Shown: positions 1 to 10,340 of the stretch, one piece after another
Position numbering within the stretch: position 1 is the first letter of the stretch
Layout of the letters: each line of letters opens with the position of its first letter
From: an uncultured Wenzhouxiangellaceae bacterium
GTDB lineage: Bacteria > Pseudomonadota > Gammaproteobacteria > Xanthomonadales > SZUA-36
Reading direction: 5' to 3'
Assembly: GCA_964650905.1 (NCBI GenBank)
Contig: CAZYVH010000003.1
Span: 18,230-80,073, forward strand
Length of the DNA: 61,844 nt
The notes under the pieces: generated by a model
What the model was told of the DNA's origin: nothing
Databases searched by the model: none
The model's input: the letters and a program-made list of their open reading frames with translations, nothing else
Made by a program: the position numbers and the translations under genes

Positions 1-53
1 TTATGGGCTGGGTTGGTGCGGCTCTTTGTAATGGAGATATACGGGCTAAAGCG

Positions 54-2207
54 ATGACAGACTTTCCCCAAAAAACGCTGGATGACTGGCAGGCGCTAGC
101 CAGCAAAGAGTGCAAAGGCAAACCGGTAGATGAGTTGACGTGGCATACGCCAGAGGGCATCGATGTCAAGCCATTGTACTGTGCCGAAGACCTCGAAGGC
201 CTGCACTATTTGAGTTCGCTGCCTGGTACGCCACCCTATGTGCGTGGACCCAAGGCGACCATGTATGCGGGTCGTGGGTGGACCGTGCGCCAGTATGCCG
301 GGTTTTCCACGGCCGAGGAATCCAACGCTTTCTACCGCAAGAACCTCGCAGCGGGGCAGACCGGTCTGTCGGTGGCTTTCGATCTCGCCACCCATCGTGG
401 TTACGACTCGGACCATCCGCGGGTACTGGGTGATGTTGGCAAGGCGGGCGTGGCTATCGACAGTGTTGCGGATATGAAAATCCTCTTCGATGGTATCCCA
501 CTGGACAAGATGTCAGTTTCGATGACCATGAATGGTGCGGTATTGCCAGTTATGGCAATGTATATTGTCGCTGCCGAAGAACAAGGTGTTCCACCCGAGA
601 AACTGGCAGGAACCCTGCAAAACGATATCCTCAAGGAGTTCATGGTTCGCAATACTTATATTTATCCACCCGCTCCATCCATGCGGATCGTAGCGGATAT
701 TATCGCCTACACCTCCGCCAATATGCCCAGGTACAATTCTGTTTCCATTTCCGGTTATCACATGCAGGAAGCGGGCGCTACCTGCACACAGGAATTGGCT
801 TATACCATCGCCGACGGCATCGAATATGTACGCACCGCAATTGCCAGCGGGCTCGATGTCGATGCTTTTGCACCACGCTTGTCGTTCTTTTTCGGCATTG
901 GTATGAACTTTTTTATGGAGGTGGCCAAGCTGCGTGCCGCGCGCTTATTGTGGGCTACACTGATGGCGGAGCTGTTTGATCCGAAGGACAGTCGCTCATT
1001 GAAGCTGCGGACCCACTGCCAGACGTCCGGTGTCAGTCTTACCGCCAAGGATCCCTATAACAACATTGTTCGCACCACTATCGAAGCCATGTCAGCCGTT
1101 CTTGGTGGGACCCAGTCACTGCACACAAACTCATTTGATGAGGCGCTTGCATTGCCCACTGGGTTTTCAGCCCGCATTGCCCGCAATACGCAATTGGTGC
1201 TCAAGGAAGAGACCGGCATTACCAGTGTCGTGGATCCAATGGCGGGGTCCTACTATGTGGAAAGCCTGACCAATGAACTGGTCAGCGATGCACGCAAACT
1301 TATCGACGAGGTGGAAGCGATGGGTGGCATGACCCGGGCCGTGGAGTCCGGTATGCCCAAGATGCGGATTGAGGAGGCAGCGGCGTTACGTCAGGCACGT
1401 ATCGACCGCGGAGAAGAGGTCATTGTAGGGGTCAATAAATACCAACTGCCGGAAGAGGCGTCCGTCGATATTCTGGATATCGACAATACCGCGGTGCGTG
1501 AGGCCCAGATTCGGCGTCTCAGGGAAGTACGTAAAAACAGGCTCGAGAAGGTCTGTAGCAAGGCCCTGGAGGCGCTGACCCGTGCCGCACACGATGAGAC
1601 CGGTAATCTGCTGGCACTGGCTGTTGTGGCCGCCCGCGCCCGCGCCACGGTTGGTGAGATTTCCGATGCACTGGAGAAGGTTTACAGTCGCCATAAAGCC
1701 GTGACCCACTCCATTTCCGGTGTATTCGGGTCTGCTTACGAAGACGACAGCGATTTTGCTTCCATTCAACATGAAGTTGAAAAGTTTGCCCGCTCTGAGG
1801 GTCGTCGTCCACGCATGTTGGTTTGCAAGCTCGGTCAGGACGGACATGACCGTGGCGCCAAGGTAATCGCCACAGCATTCGCTGATATCGGTTTCGACGT
1901 CGATATCGGACCCCTGTTTCAAACCCCGGCAGAAGCCGTGCGTGAGGCCATTGAAAACGATGTGCATATCATTGGTATCTCATCCCAGGCTGCCGGACAC
2001 AAAACACTGGTTCCGTTGGTTATTGAGGGTCTGAAGCAGGCGGGAGCAGAAGATATTGTTGTCATTTGCGGGGGGGTTATTCCTCCACAGGATTATGATG
2101 AAATGCTGGCCTTTGGCGTGTCGGCCATCTACGGTCCGGGTACCAATATCCTGATTGCGGCCCGTGAGGTTCTCGATATTATCCAGGAGCGTCTGAAAAA
2201 TCGCTAA
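54..2207 (+). CDS. mcm: Methylmalonyl-CoA mutase, single-chain form (catalytic barrel fused to a C-terminal cobalamin-binding domain)
   Basis: The frame is open from the window edge (3). ATG at 54 ([12 protein letters not shown]) is the most plausible start. Mutase core motifs are present ([35 protein letters not shown]). The C-terminal B12-binding DxHxxG motif reads [11 protein letters not shown], with the His codon at 1845-1847. Confidence 0.92.
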   Translation: MTDFPQKTLDDWQALASKECKGKPVDELTWHTPEGIDVKPLYCAEDLEGLHYLSSLPGTPPYVRGPKATMYAGRGWTVRQYAGFSTAEESNAFYRKNLAAGQTGLSVAFDLATHRGYDSDHPRVLGDVGKAGVAIDSVADMKILFDGIPLDKMSVSMTMNGAVLPVMAMYIVAAEEQGVPPEKLAGTLQNDILKEFMVRNTYIYPPAPSMRIVADIIAYTSANMPRYNSVSISGYHMQEAGATCTQELAYTIADGIEYVRTAIASGLDVDAFAPRLSFFFGIGMNFFMEVAKLRAARLLWATLMAELFDPKDSRSLKLRTHCQTSGVSLTAKDPYNNIVRTTIEAMSAVLGGTQSLHTNSFDEALALPTGFSARIARNTQLVLKEETGITSVVDPMAGSYYVESLTNELVSDARKLIDEVEAMGGMTRAVESGMPKMRIEEAAALRQARIDRGEEVIVGVNKYQLPEEASVDILDIDNTAVREAQIRRLREVRKNRLEKVCSKALEALTRAAHDETGNLLALAVVAARARATVGEISDALEKVYSRHKAVTHSISGVFGSAYEDDSDFASIQHEVEKFARSEGRRPRMLVCKLGQDGHDRGAKVIATAFADIGFDVDIGPLFQTPAEAVREAIENDVHIIGISSQAAGHKTLVPLVIEGLKQAGAEDIVVICGGVIPPQDYDEMLAFGVSAIYGPGTNILIAAREVLDIIQERLKNR

Positions 2208-2223
2208 GGCAAGGGATGTATGT

Positions 2224-3756
2224 ATGCAAAAGATTATTGAGCAGCTGGAAGAAAAACGTAAAGCCGCCATCCTTGGGGGCGGGCAGCAGCGCATTGATCT
2301 GCAGCACAAACGCGGTAAGCTGACTGCCCGTGAACGTATCGAATTACTGCTCGATGGGGGCAGTTTCGAGGAGTGGGATGCCTTCGTCGAGCACCGCTGC
2401 ACCGATTTTAATATGACAGACAAGAAGATTCCTGGCGACGGTGTGGTCACCGGCTACGGTACGGTCAATGGCCGGGTTGTGTTTGTCTTTAGCCAGGATT
2501 TCACTGTTTTTGGTGGTTCACTCTCTGAGGCACACGCCGAAAAAATCTGCAAGGTAATGAAACAGGCTATGAAGGTCGGTGCACCGGTCATCGGTCTCAA
2601 TGACTCGGGCGGAGCGCGTATCCAGGAAGGCGTGGCCTCCCTGGGTGGCTACGCCGATGTCTTCCAGCTCAACGTACTGGCTTCTGGTGTGGTACCGCAG
2701 ATATCCGTCATCATGGGTCCGTGCGCAGGTGGTGCAGTCTATTCTCCTGCCATGACTGATTTTATTTTCATGGTAAAAGACAGTTCCTACATGTTCGTCA
2801 CCGGTCCCGATGTGGTAAAAACCGTGACCCACGAAGAGGTGACAGCGGAAGAACTGGGTGGCGCCATGACCCATTCCAGCGTCTCCGGTGTCTGTGATCG
2901 TGCCTATGACAATGATGTGGAAGCCTTGTTGATGGTACGCCGGTTTATAAACTATTTACCGGCTAACAATCGTGAGACCCCCCCCTTTCGGCCTACACCA
3001 GACCACGCCGACCGCGTGGAGATGTCACTCGATAGCTTGATTCCTGACAACCCCAACATGCCTTACGATATGAAAGAACTGATCTACAAGGCGGTGGATG
3101 ATAATGAATTCTGGGAGTTACAACCCGAGCACGCGCAGAACATCATTATTGGTTTTGCCCGCATGGACGGTCATCCGGTGGGTATCGTGGCCAACCAACC
3201 CATGGTGCTGGCGGGGTGTCTGGATATTAAGTCATCCATCAAGGCCGGACGTTTTGTGCGTTTTTGTGATGCATTCAATATCCCAATCCTCACATTTGTC
3301 GACGTACCGGGTTTTATGCCGGGCACGGCGCAGGAGTACGGTGGCATTATCAATCACGGTGCAAAACTGTTATTTGCCTACGCCGAAGCCACGGTTCCCA
3401 AGATCACTGTCATCACTCGTAAGGCCTATGGCGGTGCTTATGATGTGATGAGTTCCAAGCATCTGCGCGGTGATGTCAACCTGGCCTGGCCCAGCGCAGA
3501 AATTGCAGTAATGGGACCCAAAGGTGCGGTGGAGATCATTTTTCGCAGCGATATTGGCGATGAGGAAAAGATCGCTGAACGTACTGAGCAGTACCGGCTC
3601 AAATTCGCCAATCCATTTATCGCCGGCAGTCGTGGCTATATCGATGACGTCATTGCACCCCATGCCACCCGTAAGCGTGTGTGTCGCTCACTCGCCATGT
3701 TGCGAGACAAGCAGTTGGACAACCCGTGGCGCAAACATGACAACATTCCGCTTTAG
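2224..3756 (+). CDS. pccB: Propionyl-CoA carboxylase beta subunit (carboxyltransferase)
   Basis: 510 aa. Carboxyltransferase-family motifs are present ([39 protein letters not shown]). It lies directly between the mutase and biotin carboxylase genes. Confidence 0.9.
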   Translation: MQKIIEQLEEKRKAAILGGGQQRIDLQHKRGKLTARERIELLLDGGSFEEWDAFVEHRCTDFNMTDKKIPGDGVVTGYGTVNGRVVFVFSQDFTVFGGSLSEAHAEKICKVMKQAMKVGAPVIGLNDSGGARIQEGVASLGGYADVFQLNVLASGVVPQISVIMGPCAGGAVYSPAMTDFIFMVKDSSYMFVTGPDVVKTVTHEEVTAEELGGAMTHSSVSGVCDRAYDNDVEALLMVRRFINYLPANNRETPPFRPTPDHADRVEMSLDSLIPDNPNMPYDMKELIYKAVDDNEFWELQPEHAQNIIIGFARMDGHPVGIVANQPMVLAGCLDIKSSIKAGRFVRFCDAFNIPILTFVDVPGFMPGTAQEYGGIINHGAKLLFAYAEATVPKITVITRKAYGGAYDVMSSKHLRGDVNLAWPSAEIAVMGPKGAVEIIFRSDIGDEEKIAERTEQYRLKFANPFIAGSRGYIDDVIAPHATRKRVCRSLAMLRDKQLDNPWRKHDNIPL

Positions 3757-3788
3757 CGTAATGCGACAACACGCCGGAGGGCTTCTTC

Positions 3789-5774
3789 GTGTTTGATAAA
3801 ATCCTGATCGCAAATCGCGGTGAGATCGCGTGCCGGGTCATCAAGTCTGCGCATGAAATGGGTATTGAAACCGTTGCTGTCTACTCGGATGCCGATCGCA
3901 ATTCTTTGCATGTGCAAATGGCTGACGAGGCTGTCTACATCGGGCCACCACCCGCGACACAAAGTTACCTTCTAAGCGACAGGATTCTTCAGGCTTGCCT
4001 GGACACCGGGGCCAAGGCGGTACATCCCGGGTATGGGTTTTTGTCTGAGAATTCCGGGTTTTGTGAGTCCCTGGCAGAAGCAGGTATTGCCTTCATTGGC
4101 CCAAAGACCCACGCCATCAAGGTCATGGGTGACAAAATCACCTCCAAGAAGTTGGCCGATGAGTCGGGGGTCAACACCATCCCCGGTTTTTCCGAAGTGC
4201 TGCGCGATGCCGAACATGCCGTGGAAATCGCCAACCAAATCGGTTACCCGGTGATGCTCAAGGCCACCGCCGGTGGTGGCGGTAAGGGTATGCGTGTTGC
4301 GCGTAATGACGAGGAGTGCCGGGATGGCTTCGAACGGGGTGCAAACGAAGCACGCTCCAGTTTTGGTGATGATCGTATGTTCGTGGAGAAATTTATCGAG
4401 CAGCCACGTCACATCGAGATCCAGATTATTGCTGACAGCCATGGCAACGTTGTCTACCTCAATGAACGTGAATGTTCGTTGCAGCGCCGTCATCAAAAGG
4501 TAATCGAGGAGGCACCGTCAGCGTTTCTCGATGAAGCCACCCGCAAGCAGATGGGTGAGCAGGCAGTGGCCCTGGCCAGGGCGGTGGACTACCAGTCCGC
4601 CGGCACCGTGGAATTCATTGTTGATAGCCAGCGCAACTTTTACTTCCTGGAGATGAATACACGTTTGCAGGTGGAACACCCGGTCACCGAGATGATCACC
4701 GGTGTCGATTTGGTGGAACTGATGATCCGTGTCGCCGACGGTGCTGTACTGCCTATTAAACAGTCAGATGTGCGTATTAAAGGCTGGGCCATTGAATCCC
4801 GTGTCTACGCAGAGGACCCGTTCCGCAACTTTTTGCCCTCCATCGGACGCCTGGTGTATTACCGTCCGCCCTGTGATGATGCAAATGTACGTGTGGATAC
4901 CGGTGTATTCGAAGGCGGCGACGTCTCCATGTATTACGACCCGATGATCGCCAAGCTCATCACGTATGGAGCCAATCGCGATGAAGCTGCAGCCCACATG
5001 CGCTCGGCACTGGATCGCTTTCTCATCCGTGGTGTCTCCAACAACCTCAGCTTCCTGTCGGCATTACTGTCGCACACGCGTTTTGTAGAAGGAAACATAA
5101 GCACCAATATGATTGCTGAGGAGTATCCGGATGGCTTCCACCCAGCCAACTTGCCGCATCAGGATCCCACCATTTTCATTGCGGTGGCTGCCTCCATGCT
5201 GCGTGGTTATCGTGATCGTGCCGCCCGAATCCACGGCCAGTTGAATGGGCATGAACGTCGTGTGCCAAGTGACTGGGTGGTGGTGATGAATAGTGAGCAC
5301 CACCCGGTAGCTATTGTCCCTGAACAGGGCGGCTACGATGTGGAATACAACGGAGCCACCTATGCCATACGCAGTAACTGGGAGTTTGGGCAGCACATCT
5401 TCAGTGGCACCATCAATGGTGAGCAGGTTTTTGTTCAGGTAGAACGCGACCAGCAAACCTATCGTTTGTTTCATGGTGGTTCCCAGGTCGATGTCAGTAT
5501 CGTTACACCACGCGTCGCCGAACTCCTGAAGTACATGCCGATAAAAACTCCGCCTGATTTGTCCAAGTACCTGCTTTCACCGATGCCGGGTCTGCTGGTG
5601 TCGCTTGCGGTCAAAGAGGGTGATGTGATCAGTGCAGGGGATGAACTGGCCGTGCTCGAGGCTATGAAAATGGAAAACACCCTACTGGCTGAACGCGATG
5701 GTGTGGTAGCCACAATCCACTATGAGCCTGGCGCCAACCTTGCGGTGGACGATATCATCATGGAATTAGAGTAA
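3789..5774 (+). CDS. pccA: Propionyl-CoA carboxylase alpha subunit (biotin carboxylase plus biotin carboxyl carrier domain)
   Basis: GTG start with GGAGG 8 nt upstream. ATP-grasp motifs are present (ILIANRGEIA, MLKATAGGGGKGMR). The C-terminal biotinylation motif is EAMKMEN, with the Lys codon at 5667-5669. Confidence 0.9.
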   Translation: MFDKILIANRGEIACRVIKSAHEMGIETVAVYSDADRNSLHVQMADEAVYIGPPPATQSYLLSDRILQACLDTGAKAVHPGYGFLSENSGFCESLAEAGIAFIGPKTHAIKVMGDKITSKKLADESGVNTIPGFSEVLRDAEHAVEIANQIGYPVMLKATAGGGGKGMRVARNDEECRDGFERGANEARSSFGDDRMFVEKFIEQPRHIEIQIIADSHGNVVYLNERECSLQRRHQKVIEEAPSAFLDEATRKQMGEQAVALARAVDYQSAGTVEFIVDSQRNFYFLEMNTRLQVEHPVTEMITGVDLVELMIRVADGAVLPIKQSDVRIKGWAIESRVYAEDPFRNFLPSIGRLVYYRPPCDDANVRVDTGVFEGGDVSMYYDPMIAKLITYGANRDEAAAHMRSALDRFLIRGVSNNLSFLSALLSHTRFVEGNISTNMIAEEYPDGFHPANLPHQDPTIFIAVAASMLRGYRDRAARIHGQLNGHERRVPSDWVVVMNSEHHPVAIVPEQGGYDVEYNGATYAIRSNWEFGQHIFSGTINGEQVFVQVERDQQTYRLFHGGSQVDVSIVTPRVAELLKYMPIKTPPDLSKYLLSPMPGLLVSLAVKEGDVISAGDELAVLEAMKMENTLLAERDGVVATIHYEPGANLAVDDIIMELE

Positions 5775-5782
5775 GGCCGATA

Positions 5783-6805
5783 ATGCCGGCGAAGCGTGGT
5801 TCAGATGTAACGCAGGATAGCGCGTCACTTGCCCATGGTGTGCTCGAGGGTCATCGCCGCGCGCTGGCACAGGCGATCACCCTGATCGAATCTACCCGCG
5901 GTGATCACCGTGCCGCCGCCAGTGATTTGCTGCAGCATTTGATGCCACATGCGGGTCATTCAATCCGGCTGGGCATTTCAGGTGTGCCAGGGGTTGGAAA
6001 ATCGACTTTTATCGAGGCGTTGGGTAACCACATAATCGATACGGGTCACCGTGTTGCGGTGCTCACAGTTGACCCCTCATCGGCGATCAGCGGTGGCTCC
6101 ATTTTGGCTGACAAGACCCGTATGGAGTCGCTGTCACGGCGTCCCGAAGCCTACATACGGCCGTCGCCTTCCGGCAATACCCTGGGCGGGGTCACCCGGC
6201 GCAGCCGCGAGGCCTTGATCTTGTGCGAGGCAGCCGGGTTCGACGTGGTCATCGTGGAAACCGTCGGTGTCGGACAATCCGAGACCAGAGTGGCGGATAT
6301 GACCGATATGTTTATGTTGCTGCTCTTGCCCGGTGGTGGTGATGAACTCCAGGGTATTAAACGTGGCATCATGGAACTGGCCGACCTGGTCCTTATCAAC
6401 AAGGCCGATGACAAACTGCAGGTACTCGCAGAGAGATCAGCAACGGAATACCGCAATGCGCTACGCCTGCTTCACCCGCGCTCGGCTGACTGGAATGTCG
6501 CGGTCCAGACCTGTTCGGCGCGGGACGGTGTCGGTATTACCGAGGCCTGGCAGGTCGTGTTGCGGCATCACGACCTTCTTGAAGCCAGTGGCCAGTTGCT
6601 AAAACGCCGCGCTTTACAAGCCAGAGACTGGATGTGGTCCGAGGTCAACGACAGCCTTGTTATGGTGTTACAAACTGATCCGGAAGTACAAAAGCAAATT
6701 CCAGCCCTGGAAATCGCAGTCAGCGAGGGTAAGATAGCACCGACAAGCGCCGCAAAACAGTTGCTCGAGATATTCCTCAAGCGTCACGAACAATGGGGCG
6801 AATGA
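5783..6805 (+). CDS. meaB: Methylmalonyl-CoA mutase-associated G-protein chaperone (MeaB/ArgK family)
   Basis: P-loop GVPGVGKST and G4 motif NKAD. 340 aa. It sits in the mutase operon with TAAGG upstream of the ATG. Confidence 0.85.
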   Translation: MPAKRGSDVTQDSASLAHGVLEGHRRALAQAITLIESTRGDHRAAASDLLQHLMPHAGHSIRLGISGVPGVGKSTFIEALGNHIIDTGHRVAVLTVDPSSAISGGSILADKTRMESLSRRPEAYIRPSPSGNTLGGVTRRSREALILCEAAGFDVVIVETVGVGQSETRVADMTDMFMLLLLPGGGDELQGIKRGIMELADLVLINKADDKLQVLAERSATEYRNALRLLHPRSADWNVAVQTCSARDGVGITEAWQVVLRHHDLLEASGQLLKRRALQARDWMWSEVNDSLVMVLQTDPEVQKQIPALEIAVSEGKIAPTSAAKQLLEIFLKRHEQWGE

Positions 6806-6824
6806 GCAAGCCCGGGAGATAGCT

Positions 6825-7298
6825 ATGAGCGAACGGCCTTTCAAAGTGTTGGGTATACAGCAGATCGCGGTAAGTAGTCTGGACAAGAATCGTCTGCGCA
6901 CTTTATGGGTGGACATCCTCGGTCTCGATCTCAGTGGTAATTACCGGAGCGAGTTGGAAAACGTAGACGAAGACATTGCAGCACTGGGTCGTGGCCCCCT
7001 GAAGGTTGAAGTCGACTTGATGCAACCGCTTGATGCCGACCGGAAGCCCGCTGTGCAGACCCCACCACTCAACCACGTGGGTTTATGGATTGACGATTTG
7101 CCGGTGGCGGTTGAATGGCTGCAGGCGCAGGGTGTGCGCTTTGCACCCGGTGGTATCCGCACGGGTGCATCCGGCTTTGATATTTGCTTCATCCATCCAA
7201 AAGCTAACGAAGAATCTCCTATCGGTGGGGAAGGGGTGCTAATCGAACTGGTCCAGGCGCCACCGGAAGTGATGGTGGCCTATGAGCGTTTAGCGTGA
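6825..7298 (+). CDS. mce: VOC/glyoxalase-fold protein, probable methylmalonyl-CoA epimerase
   Basis: 157 aa. It is the last gene of the mutase/PCC operon, with GGGAGA upstream. VOC-like segments are present ([30 protein letters not shown]...GVLIELVQ). The assignment rests largely on context. Confidence 0.65.
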   Translation: MSERPFKVLGIQQIAVSSLDKNRLRTLWVDILGLDLSGNYRSELENVDEDIAALGRGPLKVEVDLMQPLDADRKPAVQTPPLNHVGLWIDDLPVAVEWLQAQGVRFAPGGIRTGASGFDICFIHPKANEESPIGGEGVLIELVQAPPEVMVAYERLA

Positions 7299-7412
7299 GC
7301 CCATAGCGGCACGATCAACCGCATGCTGGCGGCCACTACCGTTGCAGGGGACTTACTTTCGTACCATTGGCTGATAGAATGGGTAATTAAAGGTAAAAGT
7401 AAGGGCATTAGC

Positions 7413-7754
7413 ATGGCACAACAGGGCATACTTTCGTTATCGATCAAGGATCGGCAAACCCTATACAGTGCTTACATGCCATTCATAATGGGCGGCGGAC
7501 TGTTCGTGCAAAGCACCAAGCGTTATGCGCTAGGTGATGAGGTATTCCTGCTATTGACGATTATGGAACTCGAAGAGCGTCTGCCCATACCAGGAAAGGT
7601 CATTTGGGTGACACCACCGGCAGCGCAAGGCAACAGACGCCCTGGGATTGGTGTGCAATTTGCCGATACACCCGACGGTGCCCACGCCAGGACCATCATA
7701 GAATCACATCTTGCACAATTAATTAAATCTGAAAAAAGAACACATACAATGTAG
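7413..7754 (+). CDS. pilZ: PilZ-domain protein (type IV pilus assembly PilZ-like)
   Basis: The internal ATG at 7413 gives MAQQGILSLSIKDRQTLYSAYMPFIMGGGLFV...IGVQF, which matches the typical stand-alone PilZ protein. The upstream 30 codons of the ORF-track entry have no support. Confidence 0.75.
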   Translation: MAQQGILSLSIKDRQTLYSAYMPFIMGGGLFVQSTKRYALGDEVFLLLTIMELEERLPIPGKVIWVTPPAAQGNRRPGIGVQFADTPDGAHARTIIESHLAQLIKSEKRTHTM

Positions 7755-7793
7755 TATAAACAGTAGGATATTTAATATAATTAATCTTAAATA

Positions 7794-8936
7794 TTAAATA
7801 CTATCTGCAATGACATTGAGTACGTTTTGCAACGGGTTTCCCAATTGATAGAAATGCGGTGACAGACGGATGGCGCCACCGCGCAGCGCGCAACTCAAGC
7901 GTCGCCGCTTCAGCGTTTGAAAGACTTCCTCAATGGCGTGACCCGGTGTCACGAAACTGACAATGCCAGAAATGTGTTGCGGGTTTTTTGGGAGTATGGG
8001 TTCGACACCGGGTATATCGGTGAGCCCTTGCCGAAGCACTCTGGTGTTGCTCGTTACGCAGGCTTCAACCCGTGGCATGCTGATCGCTTCCAAGAGGCTT
8101 ACCGAAGCGTGCATGGCGACCTGGCCCAAGGTATTGGGGCTGCCGGCCTCATACCTGCTGGCCGCCTCGCTGGGCCGCCACTCCTTGCGATTGAATCGGT
8201 AAGGCTCATCGACCATACGCCATCCATGCTGGCTCAGCCCCAATTGGTCGCGTATCCCTTCACGGCAGTAGAAAACGGCGATTCCTTCCGGCGCCAGCAG
8301 CCATTTATGCCCGTCTGCAGCCAGAAAATCGATGTTACATGCCGTTACATCAAGCCGCAGCGCACCCAATTGCTGGATCGCATCGACAAAGAAAAACACA
8401 TTGTTTTGCCGGCAGACACGACCCAGTTTCTCCAGTTTCAGACGCAGACCATCGGTCCATTGCACGGCACTGACTGACAGCAATCGGGTTTTTGAGTCCA
8501 TGCGCTTTAGCAGGGCTTGTTCTGGTTCATCGACAGCGCGGATATCTGTTTCCCGCACTTCGACACCCAGAGACTTTAGCGCCAGCCAGGGCAAGCGGTT
8601 GGAAGGGAATTCATCGGTCGGTAATACAATGTTGTCCCCATGGCGCCAGTCGATACCACCTGCGACAGTGGAGATGCCTTCCGTGGTATTTTTGAGCAAG
8701 GCGATATCGTTAGCTGACTCTGCATTGACGAGTCTGGCCAGTGTTGCACGTAATGTGCTCTCCCGTGTGAGCCACTGTGCATAATGCTGTGCACCAATCT
8801 GTGCATTTTCACATGCAAATTCTTTCACGGCCTGCGCAGTCGCACGTGGCCAGGGGCCGATGGCCGCGTGATTGGCGTAGTGTCCGTGCTCAAGGATCGG
8901 GAATTCGTCCCGGGGTATATGTGCTGCTAGTGTCAT
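7794..8936 (-). CDS. Class V aminotransferase-fold PLP enzyme (cysteine desulfurase/selenocysteine lyase-like)
   Basis: PLP-lysine context is AADGHKWLLAPEGIAVFY, with a class V fold pattern throughout. The ORF-track start at 8975 is TTG and overlaps dinB. ATG at 8936 (MTLAAHIPRDEF) is preferred. Confidence 0.75.
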   Translation of the reverse strand: MTLAAHIPRDEFPILEHGHYANHAAIGPWPRATAQAVKEFACENAQIGAQHYAQWLTRESTLRATLARLVNAESANDIALLKNTTEGISTVAGGIDWRHGDNIVLPTDEFPSNRLPWLALKSLGVEVRETDIRAVDEPEQALLKRMDSKTRLLSVSAVQWTDGLRLKLEKLGRVCRQNNVFFFVDAIQQLGALRLDVTACNIDFLAADGHKWLLAPEGIAVFYCREGIRDQLGLSQHGWRMVDEPYRFNRKEWRPSEAASRYEAGSPNTLGQVAMHASVSLLEAISMPRVEACVTSNTRVLRQGLTDIPGVEPILPKNPQHISGIVSFVTPGHAIEEVFQTLKRRRLSCALRGGAIRLSPHFYQLGNPLQNVLNVIADSI

Positions 8937-8959
8937 GTCAAGCCTATAATGTATCCATT

Positions 8960-10147
8960 GTGCCTCAAACCGCAAATGTAAATAATGAAAACCGTGTCAT
9001 CGTCCATGTGGATATGGATGCCTTTTTTGCGTCCGTTGAGCAACATGATCAACCGCAATATCGCAATCTTCCCGTCATCGTTGGTGGCACCAGCAAACGG
9101 GGCGTGGTGGCTGCCGCCAGCTACGAAGTGCGTCAATACGGTGTTCATTCCGCCATGCCCATCACACGGGCGAAGCGCTTGTGTCCGACTGCCAATATTC
9201 TACCGGTAAATATGGCACGCTACCGGCAGGTTTCTGCACAGATTTTCAGTATATTCAATACCTTTACCCCGGAGGTAGAAGGTCTGTCGCTGGATGAGGC
9301 TTTTCTCGATGTCACCGGCAGCCTGGCGCTGTTCGGCAGTATCGAGGCAATCGGTGCCATGCTGCGTACCCGGATACTCGCGCAAACCGGTCTGCATGCG
9401 TCCGTGGGTATGGCGCATAACAAATTTCTTGCCAAGCTTGCCTCTGACAGCGACAAACCTCGGGGCTTTGTACACGTGGCGCCAACGGGTGTTCGTGCAT
9501 TCCTGGATCCGATGCCGGTGGGCAGAATCTGGGGTATTGGTCAACAGACCTTGCCGAAAATACACAAGCTGGGCATTTTGACGATTGGCCAGTTGCGTAA
9601 GGCCGATCCGGTTTTGCTGGCGAGGGCACTGGGCAAACGGACGGCGCATTTCCAGGCGCTGGCCCGTGGTGAAGATGAGCGTGATGTCATACCCGCAAGA
9701 CCGGATAAATCGATCAGCCGTGAAGTCACCTTCGATCAGGACATTTCCAGCGATAGGGATTTACTATCCGAATTACAGCGCCAGACAGAATCGGTCTGTG
9801 GGCGTCTGCGGGCCCGCCAGCTCGCCGCACGTACCATTCATATCAAGATCCGGGATCACCGCTTTCGTACCGCAAGCCGCAGCCGCAGTCTGGCGGCGCC
9901 CACGGCGAGTACCAGCACGGTATTCAAATTGGCCAGTGGTTTACTGAATAGCTGGTTACAGCAAAACAGCAATATGCCCGTCAGGTTGCTGGGTATCGGT
10001 CTGTCCGGTCTTGAACACGCTGATCCACAGGGCAGTCAAATGGACTCTGCCCGACAAATCGCCCTGGATGCCACGCTGGACGATATCAGACACCGTTTTG
10101 GCAATGAAAAGGCCATGCGTGCGCTGGCCCTGGGCAACAAGAAGTAA
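8960..10147 (+). CDS. dinB: DNA polymerase IV (Y-family)
   Basis: Y-family motifs are present (VIVHVDMDAFFASVEQ, SLDEAFLDVTGS). There is no in-frame ATG near the conserved N-terminus, so the in-frame GTG at 8960 is proposed as the start. Confidence 0.85.
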   Translation: MPQTANVNNENRVIVHVDMDAFFASVEQHDQPQYRNLPVIVGGTSKRGVVAAASYEVRQYGVHSAMPITRAKRLCPTANILPVNMARYRQVSAQIFSIFNTFTPEVEGLSLDEAFLDVTGSLALFGSIEAIGAMLRTRILAQTGLHASVGMAHNKFLAKLASDSDKPRGFVHVAPTGVRAFLDPMPVGRIWGIGQQTLPKIHKLGILTIGQLRKADPVLLARALGKRTAHFQALARGEDERDVIPARPDKSISREVTFDQDISSDRDLLSELQRQTESVCGRLRARQLAARTIHIKIRDHRFRTASRSRSLAAPTASTSTVFKLASGLLNSWLQQNSNMPVRLLGIGLSGLEHADPQGSQMDSARQIALDATLDDIRHRFGNEKAMRALALGNKK

Positions 10148-10340
10148 TCTAACTGTGAATTCCAGCAACGTTGTACACAAAGAATGGTTTCATTGACCGG
10201 TTTACAGAACCCACCTGGTACGCAACCGCGGTGGGTACTCACACCCAGGAACACACCAGAGTGTGTCCCGGAGATCGCTACCGGCACCCCCGCAGGGCAC
10301 ACTCTCAGGTGTAAACAACGTTGGTGAAATGTCCGGGCTA
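10148..10340. repeat. Structured intergenic repeat, copy A (MITE/ERIC-like)
   Basis: It fills the whole gap between the dinB stop (10145-10147) and the fadD stop (10338-10340). Its left end, 10149-10173, is an exact 25-nt inverted copy of 35538-35562. Its 64-nt core, 10260-10323, matches 35482-35545 at 56/64 positions by hand alignment. Its right end, 10321-10340 (ttggtgaaatgtccgggcta), recurs at 34546-34565. Confidence 0.55.

Noticed and set aside
7755-7793. An AT-rich inverted repeat (atatttaa...ttaaatat) between the convergent pilZ and aminotransferase genes, considered as a bidirectional terminator.
   Set aside because: The stem is entirely A/T and short. The hairpin is probably too weak to call from sequence alone.
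8777-8975. The extended ORF-track starts of dinB (8777) and the aminotransferase (8975), which overlap each other on opposite strands.
   Set aside because: The conserved N-termini begin much later. The extensions have no homology-like content, and 8975 is a TTG.
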